From: Vulcaniibacterium thermophilum
Lineage (GTDB): Bacteria > Pseudomonadota > Gammaproteobacteria > Xanthomonadales > Xanthomonadaceae
Length of the DNA: 32,000 nucleotides
Reading direction: 5' to 3'
NCBI RefSeq assembly: GCF_007923255.1
Contig: NZ_VOHJ01000007.1
Location: forward strand, 30,462-62,461
Numbering within the stretch: the stretch's first letter is position 1; each line of letters opens with the position of its first letter. Position numbers and translations under genes: made by a program. Shown piece after piece: positions 25,467-32,000 of the stretch. Below the pieces are notes generated by a model. That model saw nothing but the letters and a program-made list of their open reading frames with translations, had not been told where the DNA came from and did no database searches.

Positions 25467-26552
25467 TCAGACGCCCAGGCGGGCACCGCTCGCGGCGTCG
25501 AACAGATGCACACAGGCGCCGTCGAACGTCAGCCCGATGCGCGCGCCGGGCTCGGGCATGGGGCCGGGCGGCGTGCGCGCGACCAGCGCATCGCGGCCGC
25601 ATCGCAGGTTCAGGAACATCTCGTTGCCGACCGGCTCCACCAGCTCCAGCTCGGCCTGCAGCGGCGCGTGCGGCCCCGCGGGGCGCAGGTGCTCGGGCCG
25701 GATGCCGAGCGCCACCTCGGCCTCCAGCGCCGCGGCGGGCGGCCGGAAGCCGTCGGGCAGCGGCACCTGCGAACCGTCCGCGCGCCGCAGGCGCAGGCCG
25801 TCGGCGCGCACCAGCCGGCCGCGCAGCACGTTCATGGCCGGACTGCCGAGGAAGGTGGCCACGAACAGGTTGGCCGGCCGGTCGTACAGCGCCATCGGGG
25901 TGTCGATCTGCTGGATGCGCCCGTCGCGCAGGACGACGATGCGCTGGCCGAGCGTCATCGCCTCGATCTGGTCGTGGGTGACGTAGATCATGGTCGCGCC
26001 CAGTTGCCGGTGCAGCCGCGCGATCTCCACCCGCATGCCGGCGCGCAGACGGGCGTCGAGGTTGGACAGCGGCTCGTCGAGCAGGAACACCTGCGGCTCG
26101 CGCACCAGCGCGCGGCCGAGCGCGACACGCTGCCGCTGCCCGCCCGACAGCGCCGCCGGGCGGCGGTCGAGCAGATCGCCCAGCTCCAGCATCGCCGCCA
26201 CCGCCCGCACCCGCGCGTCGATGGCGGCGCGCGGCGCACCGCGCAGGCGCAGCGCGAAGCCCAGGTTCTCGGCCACCGTCATGTGCGGATAGAGCGCATA
26301 GCTCTGGAACACCATGGCGATGTCGCGGTCGCGGGGCGGAACGTCGTTCACCCGCCGCCCGCCGATCCGCAGCTCGCCGGAGGTGATCGATTCCAGCCCC
26401 GCGATCATGCGCAGCAGGGTCGACTTGCCGCAGCCGGAGGGCCCCACCAGCGCCAGCAGCTCGCCGTCGGCGACCTCGAAGGTGGCCTCGTCCACGGCCG
26501 CGTGGCCGTTGCCGTAGACCTTGCGCAGCCGCTCCAGGGTGACACCCGCCAT
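25467..26552 (-). CDS. ABC transporter ATP-binding protein, MalK/UgpC/MsiK-type (sugar import)
   Basis: 361 aa from ATG at 26552. Walker A GPSGCGKST, Q-loop, signature LSGGQRQRVALGRAL, Walker B FLLDEPLSNLD, and a C-terminal MalK-type regulatory/TOBE domain. No permease or binding-protein gene is adjacent. Confidence 0.9.
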   Translation of the reverse strand: MAGVTLERLRKVYGNGHAAVDEATFEVADGELLALVGPSGCGKSTLLRMIAGLESITSGELRIGGRRVNDVPPRDRDIAMVFQSYALYPHMTVAENLGFALRLRGAPRAAIDARVRAVAAMLELGDLLDRRPAALSGGQRQRVALGRALVREPQVFLLDEPLSNLDARLRAGMRVEIARLHRQLGATMIYVTHDQIEAMTLGQRIVVLRDGRIQQIDTPMALYDRPANLFVATFLGSPAMNVLRGRLVRADGLRLRRADGSQVPLPDGFRPPAAALEAEVALGIRPEHLRPAGPHAPLQAELELVEPVGNEMFLNLRCGRDALVARTPPGPMPEPGARIGLTFDGACVHLFDAASGARLGV

Positions 26553-26622
26553 CGGTCCGCCTCGCTGGGGAAAGTGCGCCCGGGTCCGGTGCAACGGGCG
26601 CCAAGGTCCGCTATTCTGCCCA

Positions 26623-26636
26623 TGTAACCGTTTTCA
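26623..26636. promoter_or_regulatory. Candidate LacI/GalR-family operator in the divergent ABC-ATPase / beta-glucosidase spacer
   Basis: TGTAACCGTTTTCA fits the generic LacI-family/cre-like pattern TGWAANCGNTNWCA. It is an imperfect palindrome with 5 of 7 half-site matches, 35 nt upstream of the GH1 ATG. No LacI-family regulator gene is in the window. Confidence 0.35.
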
Positions 26637-26670
26637 CGCATGCCGCCGTGCAGCACGTCCGGAGCCCGCG

Positions 26671-28032
26671 ATGACCGACGCCTTCGCCTTTCCCGACGGT
26701 TTCCTGTGGGGAGCCGCGACCGCCGCGCACCAGATCGAAGGCTCGCCGCTGGCCGACGGCGCCGGTCCCAGCATCTGGACCCGGTTCGCGCACACGCCCG
26801 GCCTCACCCACAACGGCGATACCGGCGACGTCGCCTGCGATCACTACCGGCGCTGGAAGGACGACGTGCGGCTGATGCGCGAGCTGGGGCTGACGGCGTA
26901 CCGGTTCAGCGTGTCGTGGAGCCGCGTGCTGCCGGAGGGCACCGGGCGGGTCAATCCTGCCGGGCTCGATTTCTACTCGCGGCTGGTCGATGCGCTGCTG
27001 GAAGCCGGCATCGAGCCGCTGCTCACCCTCTACCACTGGGATCTGCCCGCGGCGCTGGACGACCGCGGCGGCTGGCTCAACCGCGACTGCGCGGGCTGGT
27101 TCGCCGAGTACGCGACGGTGATGGCCAAGGCGCTGGACGGCCGCGTGCGCAAGTGGGTCACGCTCAACGAGCCTTGGGTGATCACCGACGGCGGCTACCT
27201 GCACGGCGCGCTCGCCCCCGGTCATCGCAACAAGTACGAAGCGCCGATCGCCAGCCACAACCTGATGCGCGCGCACGGCGCCGCGGTGCAGGCCTACCGC
27301 GCGGTCGGCCGCCACGAGATCGGCCTGGTGGTGAACATCGAGCCGAAGTACCCCGCAAGCGACGCGCCCGAGGACCAGACGGCCACCCGGCGCGCGCACG
27401 CGTACATGAACGAGCAGTACCTGCACCCCGCCCTGCTCGGCCACTACCCGCCCGAGCTGCGCGAGATCTTCGGCGATGCCTGGCCCGACTGGCCCGCGGA
27501 GGATTTCGCGCTGATCCGCCAGCCGCTCGATTTCTTGGGCATCAACTACTACACGCGCAACGTCACCCGCGCCGACGGGAGCTGGCCGCTGAAGGCGGGC
27601 GCGGTGAAGCAGCCGTCGGCCACCTACACCGAGACCGGCTGGGAAGTGTTCCCGCAGGGGCTGACCGACACCCTGCTGTGGGTCAGGCGCACCTACGGCG
27701 ACATTCCGCTGTACGTCACCGAGAACGGCGCGGCGTTCTTCGACCCGCCGGTGGCCGAGGGCGGGCGCGTGCGCGACCCGCTGCGCATCGATTACCTGCG
27801 CAGGCACCTGCGCGCCGTGCACGAGGCCATCCGCGCCGGCTGCGACATCCGCGGCTACATGGTGTGGTCGCTGCTGGACAACCTGGAGTGGTCGCTGGGC
27901 TACTCCAAGCGCTTCGGCATCGTCCACGTGAACTACGCCACGCAGCAGCGCACGGTGAAGGACAGCGGTCGCTGGTACGCGAACGTCGTGCGCAGCCACG
28001 GCCGCGCGCTGGGCGAGCCGCTGCCCTACTGA
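26671..28032 (+). CDS. GH1 beta-glucosidase
   Basis: 453 aa from ATG 26671. FPDGFLWGAATAAHQIEG N-terminus, acid/base TLNEPW and nucleophile YVTENGAAF motifs. The C-terminal WSLLDNLEWSLGYSKRFG is typical of family 1. Confidence 0.9.
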   Translation: MTDAFAFPDGFLWGAATAAHQIEGSPLADGAGPSIWTRFAHTPGLTHNGDTGDVACDHYRRWKDDVRLMRELGLTAYRFSVSWSRVLPEGTGRVNPAGLDFYSRLVDALLEAGIEPLLTLYHWDLPAALDDRGGWLNRDCAGWFAEYATVMAKALDGRVRKWVTLNEPWVITDGGYLHGALAPGHRNKYEAPIASHNLMRAHGAAVQAYRAVGRHEIGLVVNIEPKYPASDAPEDQTATRRAHAYMNEQYLHPALLGHYPPELREIFGDAWPDWPAEDFALIRQPLDFLGINYYTRNVTRADGSWPLKAGAVKQPSATYTETGWEVFPQGLTDTLLWVRRTYGDIPLYVTENGAAFFDPPVAEGGRVRDPLRIDYLRRHLRAVHEAIRAGCDIRGYMVWSLLDNLEWSLGYSKRFGIVHVNYATQQRTVKDSGRWYANVVRSHGRALGEPLPY

Positions 28033-28038
28033 CGCGCC

Positions 28039-28836
28039 TCAGCGCAGCTCGAAGGCGTCGGCATCCAGCATCGCCGGGAAGTGCCGGCGGTGCTCGTCGA
28101 GGGTCGGGCCGATCAGCGTCGTGGTGACCACGACCTCCTCGTCCGCGCATTCGCTGACCGGATGGCCCATGAAATCGATGATCGCGCTCTCGCCGTCGTA
28201 GCGCAGGCCGTTGCCGTCGGTGCCGACCCGATTGAGGCCGGCGACGAAGCAGAGGTTTTCGATCGCGCGCGCGCGCAGCAGCGTGCGCCAGGCGTAGGAA
28301 CGCGCCGCCGGCCAGTTGGCGACGTAGACCAGCAGGTCGTAATCCAGACCGCCCGGCCGCTCGACGTCGTAACGGTTGCGCGAGAACACCGGGAAACGCA
28401 GGTCGTAGCAGATCAGCGGACAGATCCGCCAGCCGCGCCACTCCACCGTCAGCCGGTCGCGGCCCGGCGCGTAGCGCTCGTGTTCCTTCGCGTAGCGGAA
28501 CAGGTGGCGCTTGTCGTAGGTCTGCACGTCGCCGTCGGGCGTGACGAACAGCAGACGGTTGTAGATCTGCCCGTCCGCCCGCAACTGCACGCTGCCGCAC
28601 AGCGCGGCATCGAGTTCGGCCGCCCGTTCGCGCATCCACGCCACCGTCGGACCGTCCATGGTCTCGGCGTTGCGCACCGCCTCGTTGCTGAAGCCGCTGG
28701 TGAACGTCTCCGGCAGCAGCACCAGGTCGGTCTGCCCATGCAGCGGCGCGATCAGATGCCCGTAGTAGTCGCGATTGCCGGCCGGATCGAGCCAGCGGGT
28801 ATCGCCCTGGACCATCGAGACGCGGAGGTTCTTCAT
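28039..28836 (-). CDS. yafV: Omega-amidase (carbon-nitrogen hydrolase, YafV-type)
   Basis: 265 aa, collinear with E. coli YafV as I recall it (LLPETFTSGF; YDKRHLFR; EWRGWRICPLICYDLRFPVFSRN; YVANWPAARSYAWRTLLRARAIEN; FPAMLDADAFELR). The Glu-Lys-Cys triad is present. Confidence 0.85.
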   Translation of the reverse strand: MKNLRVSMVQGDTRWLDPAGNRDYYGHLIAPLHGQTDLVLLPETFTSGFSNEAVRNAETMDGPTVAWMRERAAELDAALCGSVQLRADGQIYNRLLFVTPDGDVQTYDKRHLFRYAKEHERYAPGRDRLTVEWRGWRICPLICYDLRFPVFSRNRYDVERPGGLDYDLLVYVANWPAARSYAWRTLLRARAIENLCFVAGLNRVGTDGNGLRYDGESAIIDFMGHPVSECADEEVVVTTTLIGPTLDEHRRHFPAMLDADAFELR

Positions 28837-28849
28837 CGGCAGTTCCCGC

Positions 28850-30010
28850 TCAGAGCGCCTTCAGCCGCTCGATGGCGGCGTCCAGCGTGGATTCGTTCTT
28901 GGCGAAGCACAGGCGCGCCAGGCGCTGGCCCTCGGGCGCGATGGCGTAGAACGGCGACAACGGAATCGCCGCCACGCCCTTCTCGGCGGTCAGCCAGCGG
29001 CAGAACGCGAGATCGTCGAGATCGCTCACCGCCGAGTAGTCGACCAGTTGGAAATAGCCGCCCGGCACCGGCAGCGGGCGCAGCCGGGTCTGCGCGAGCT
29101 GGCGCTGGAAGCGGTCGCGCTTGGCCTGGTAGAACGCGCCGAGCCGTTCGTAGTGCTCCGGCTCGTGCGCGATCATCTCGGCGAACGCCCATTGCGCCGG
29201 CGCGAACGTGCAGAACACGTTGTACTGGTGCACCTTGCGGAACTCCGCCGACAGCAGCGGCGGCGCGATGCAGTAGCCGACTTTCCAGCCGGTGCAGTGG
29301 TAGGTCTTGCCGAAGCTGGACACCACGAACGCACGCTCGCGCAGCTCCGGATAACGCAGTACCGACTCGTGCCGGCGGCCGTCGAACACGATGTGCTCGT
29401 AGACCTCGTCGGACAGCAGGTACAGGCCCGCCGACTGCACCAGCCGCGTCAGCTCCGCCATGTCCTCGGGCGTCAGCATCGCGCCGGACGGGTTGTGCGG
29501 GCTGTTGATCATCAGCATCCGCGTGCTGGGGGTGATCGCGCGCTCCACGCGCTCCCAGTCGGGCGCGAAGGTGAGCGGATCCAGCGGCACGTGCACCGCG
29601 CGCCCGCCGGCCAGCTCGATCGCGGGCTCGTAGCAGTCGTAGCAGGGGTCGAGCACGACGACCTCGTCGCCCGGCCGCACCACCGCGTGCACGGCATCGA
29701 AGATGGCCTCGGTCGCGCCGGAGGTGACGGTGATTTCGGTGTCGGCGTCCGGGCGCCAGCCGTAGCAGCGCTCGGTCTTGCCGGCGATGGCCTCGCGCAG
29801 CGCGGGCACGCCGGTCATGGGCGCGTACTGGTTCCTGCCTTCGCGCATGGCGCGCGCGAGCGCCTCGACCAGCCGCGGCGGCACCTCGAAGTCCGGAAAG
29901 CCCTGGCCGAGGTTCACCGCGCCGTGCTCCATCGCCAGTTGCGACATGACGGTGAAGATGGTCGTGCCGACCTTCGGCAGCTTGGTCTCGGGGACGACGG
30001 TGTCGGTCAT
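28850..30010 (-). CDS. ybdL: Methionine/glutamine aminotransferase, class I PLP enzyme (YbdL-type)
   Basis: 386 aa from ATG at 30010, collinear with E. coli YbdL as I recall it (KLPKVGTTIFTVMSQLA, NLGQGFPDF, NQYAPMTGVPALREAIAGKTER, PLP-Lys SSFGKTYHCTGWKVGYC, LCFAKNESTL). Its stop lies 13 nt upstream of the yafV start. Confidence 0.85.
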   Translation of the reverse strand: MTDTVVPETKLPKVGTTIFTVMSQLAMEHGAVNLGQGFPDFEVPPRLVEALARAMREGRNQYAPMTGVPALREAIAGKTERCYGWRPDADTEITVTSGATEAIFDAVHAVVRPGDEVVVLDPCYDCYEPAIELAGGRAVHVPLDPLTFAPDWERVERAITPSTRMLMINSPHNPSGAMLTPEDMAELTRLVQSAGLYLLSDEVYEHIVFDGRRHESVLRYPELRERAFVVSSFGKTYHCTGWKVGYCIAPPLLSAEFRKVHQYNVFCTFAPAQWAFAEMIAHEPEHYERLGAFYQAKRDRFQRQLAQTRLRPLPVPGGYFQLVDYSAVSDLDDLAFCRWLTAEKGVAAIPLSPFYAIAPEGQRLARLCFAKNESTLDAAIERLKAL

Positions 30011-30115
30011 CGCGCGCTCGGCGGTGGAGGGAGTGCCGAAGTGTACGGAAAGCCGGTGAACCGGTTGCGCGCGTCGCGTTTGCGGGACGACGGCGGCGCA
30101 CGGGACACTGTGGCG

Positions 30116-30586
30116 ATGAACGAGCCCGTCCAGCCCGATCCGTCCGCCCTCGCCGAGGCCTACCGCAACGCGCGTTATGGCGTTTCGCTCGACGGCGACC
30201 GCTTCGATCTGCGCGTCGGCGCGCGCACGCGCGATCTGGAGGCGTACTGGCCGGCGGCACGCTACGTTCTGTTGACCGCGTGGAATCCGCGCTCGCTGCC
30301 GCAGCCGGCGGAGGCCAACCGGCTCGCCGACGATCTGCTCCGCGAGCGCCTGCGCCAGGCCGGCGTCCTGCACGCGCGCGCCTGGGCCAGCGCCGAGGAC
30401 GGCGCGTGGCACGAGGACGGCTGGCTGCTGGGCGAGATCGCGTTCGACGAGGCGCACGCGCTGGCGCGCGAATTCGGCCAGGCCGGCGTGCTGGCATGGA
30501 CGCGCGGCGAGCCGGTGCGTCTTCACATGCTGCTGCCACGGCCGCCGCACGCGCCGCCGGCCGACTGGACCGAGTGGGTAGAATGA
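30116..30586 (+). CDS. DUF3293-like hypothetical protein
   Basis: 156 aa from ATG 30116 in the frame of track ORF 28775..30586. The [11 protein letters not shown] segment resembles the (I/L)TAxNP core of DUF3293 as I recall it. Divergent from ybdL. Family assignment is tentative. Confidence 0.55.
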   Translation: MNEPVQPDPSALAEAYRNARYGVSLDGDRFDLRVGARTRDLEAYWPAARYVLLTAWNPRSLPQPAEANRLADDLLRERLRQAGVLHARAWASAEDGAWHEDGWLLGEIAFDEAHALAREFGQAGVLAWTRGEPVRLHMLLPRPPHAPPADWTEWVE

Positions 30587-30623
30587 CCGGCTCTCGCGGC
30601 CCGCTCCGCCGCCGAACCCGCCG

Positions 30624-31277
30624 ATGACCCCGACCGCTTCCGCCGCGCCGCCGCTGCTCGAGGCCCGCGGCCTGCGCTTCACGCGCAACGACGAGCCCGT
30701 GTTCGGTCCGCTCGACTTCGCCGTCGACGCGGGCGAGGCGCTGCTGGTGCAGGGCGAGAACGGCTCCGGCAAGACCACCCTGCTGCGCGTGCTGGCCGGC
30801 CTGCTGCGCGCGGACGCCGGCGAGATCCGCATCGACGGCGAACCGGCCAGCGCGGCGCGGCGCGCGCGGGCGATCGCCTACCTGGGCCATCTGCCGGCGT
30901 TCAAGGCCGACCTCACCGCGCTGGAGAACCTGCGTTTCCTGTGCGGCCTGCACGGCCGCCGGCGCGCGCAGCTTCCGGAGCAGGCGATCGCGATGGTCGG
31001 CCTCGCCGGCTACGAGGACGCGCTGGCGCGGCAACTGTCGGCCGGTCAGAAGAAACGGCTGTCGCTCGCCCGCATGTGGCTGGCGCCGGCGCCGCTGTGG
31101 CTGCTCGACGAACCGTACGCGAACCTCGACCTGCCCGGCATCGAACTGGTGAACCGGATGGTGCAGGCGCACCTGCGCGGCGGCGGCGCGGCCCTCGTCA
31201 CCACCCACGGCGCCTACGCCGCGCCGCCGGTGCGCACGCGCATGCTGGTGCTGGAACGGACGGGAGCGGCCGCATGA
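30624..31277 (+). CDS. ccmA: Heme exporter ATP-binding protein CcmA (cytochrome c maturation)
   Basis: 217 aa. Walker [10 protein letters not shown], signature [14 protein letters not shown], Walker [13 protein letters not shown]. Small size and a coupled ccmB downstream. Confidence 0.9.
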   Translation: MTPTASAAPPLLEARGLRFTRNDEPVFGPLDFAVDAGEALLVQGENGSGKTTLLRVLAGLLRADAGEIRIDGEPASAARRARAIAYLGHLPAFKADLTALENLRFLCGLHGRRRAQLPEQAIAMVGLAGYEDALARQLSAGQKKRLSLARMWLAPAPLWLLDEPYANLDLPGIELVNRMVQAHLRGGGAALVTTHGAYAAPPVRTRMLVLERTGAAA

Positions 31278-31966
31278 GCAACGCCCTCGTGCCCACCCTC
31301 GCCGGCACCGCGCGCGCGCTGCTCGCGCGCGACCTGCGTCTGCTCTGGCGTCGCCGCGGCGATGCGCTGCAGCCGGCGCTGTTCGCGCTGCTGGTGGTGG
31401 TGCTGTTCGCGCTCGGCCTGGGCGGCGAGCCGCAGGCGCTGGCGAAGGTCGCCCCCGCCGTGCTGTGGCTGGCGGTGCTGCTGGCGGGCCTGCTGGCGCT
31501 CGACTCCCTGTTCCGTGGCGATGCCGAGGACGGCTCGCTCGAACAATGGATGCTGGCGCCGGTGCCGCTGGCCTGGCTGGTCGCGGTGCGCACGGCCGTG
31601 CACTGGGCCACCACCGCGCTGCCGCTGCTGCTGGCCACGCCGCTGCTGGGCGAGCTGCTCTACCTGCCGCGCGCGCAACTGCCCGTGCTGATGGTGTCGC
31701 TGGCGCTCGGCACGCCGCTGTTGAGCCTGCTGGGCGCGGTGGTGGCGGCGCTGACCGTGGGCATGCGCCGCTCGGGCGTGCTGGTCGCGCTGCTGGCGCT
31801 GCCGCTGTACGTGCCGGTGCTGGTGTTCGGCGCCGGCAGCGTGGCCGCGGCCGCGCAGGGGCTCGATCCCGTCGGCGCCCTGCTGCTGCTCGCGGCGGGG
31901 CTGGCGGTGGCGGTGGTGCTGGCGCCGCTCGCCGCCGCGGCCGCGATCCGCATCGCCCTGAGCTGA
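31274..31966 (+). CDS. ccmB: Heme exporter membrane protein CcmB
   Basis: 230 aa from ATG 31274, overlapping the ccmA stop (ATGA). Six hydrophobic helices. CcmB-typical stretches [35 protein letters not shown] and [14 protein letters not shown]. Confidence 0.9.
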   Translation: MSNALVPTLAGTARALLARDLRLLWRRRGDALQPALFALLVVVLFALGLGGEPQALAKVAPAVLWLAVLLAGLLALDSLFRGDAEDGSLEQWMLAPVPLAWLVAVRTAVHWATTALPLLLATPLLGELLYLPRAQLPVLMVSLALGTPLLSLLGAVVAALTVGMRRSGVLVALLALPLYVPVLVFGAGSVAAAAQGLDPVGALLLLAAGLAVAVVLAPLAAAAAIRIALS

Positions 31967-32000
31967 ACCGCTTGAGCCCGATCAAACGGCCGACCTGCCG

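Noticed and set aside
21926-25981. 1351-aa plus-strand ORF opposite smc
   Set aside because: It is antisense to smc, whose Walker A, signature and Walker B motifs are unambiguous. The translation is an Arg/Ala/Gly/Leu-rich mirror of the coiled-coil codons.
28833-31985. 1050-aa minus-strand ORF across ybdL, DUF3293, ccmA and ccmB
   Set aside because: It is out of frame or antisense to supported genes and has a poly-Arg/Ala/Pro composition. Shadow ORF.

Overview
High-GC chromosomal window (well above 65% by eye, not computed). Gene content and synteny look like a Xanthomonadales/Lysobacterales-type gamma-proteobacterium, which is an inference. I support about 31 CDSs, no rRNA or tRNA genes, and no CRISPR array. 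Many very long ORFs in the track are antisense or out-of-frame shadows of real genes, as expected at this GC content. Gene order: a Sel1-repeat/prolyl-4-hydroxylase fusion; leucine-catabolism genes (ldh, isovaleryl-CoA dehydrogenase, thiolase, methylcrotonyl-CoA carboxylase beta) interspersed with a GNAT, a membrane protein, a NarL-type two-component pair and two tandem Ala-rich lipoproteins with clean intrinsic terminators; a bactofilin translationally coupled to a zinc-ribbon protein; a minus-strand string of mtnA, a triple-repeat DUF3011 protein, epmA, a DUF559 endonuclease ORF and ligA; then zipA and smc; a MalK-like ABC ATPase divergent from a GH1 beta-glucosidase; ybdL-yafV; DUF3293; ccmA and ccmB. 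The most interesting region is a roughly 3-kb plus-strand island (18078-21062) that splits the normally contiguous zipA-ligA junction. It encodes a stand-alone polymorphic-toxin-like protein with an unassigned N-terminus, a PT-TG-like pre-toxin segment and a WHH-type HNH/EndoVII nuclease C-terminus. Three immunity-type genes follow (SUKH-1 plus two YezG/DUF600-like), and the island ends in a REP cluster. No secretion system is linked anywhere in the window, so the delivery route is unknown. A second notable region is a 189-bp perfect-palindrome REP unit between DUF559 and epmA. It removes any stop codon between those two ORFs and may supply the Shine-Dalgarno sequence and start codon of epmA.
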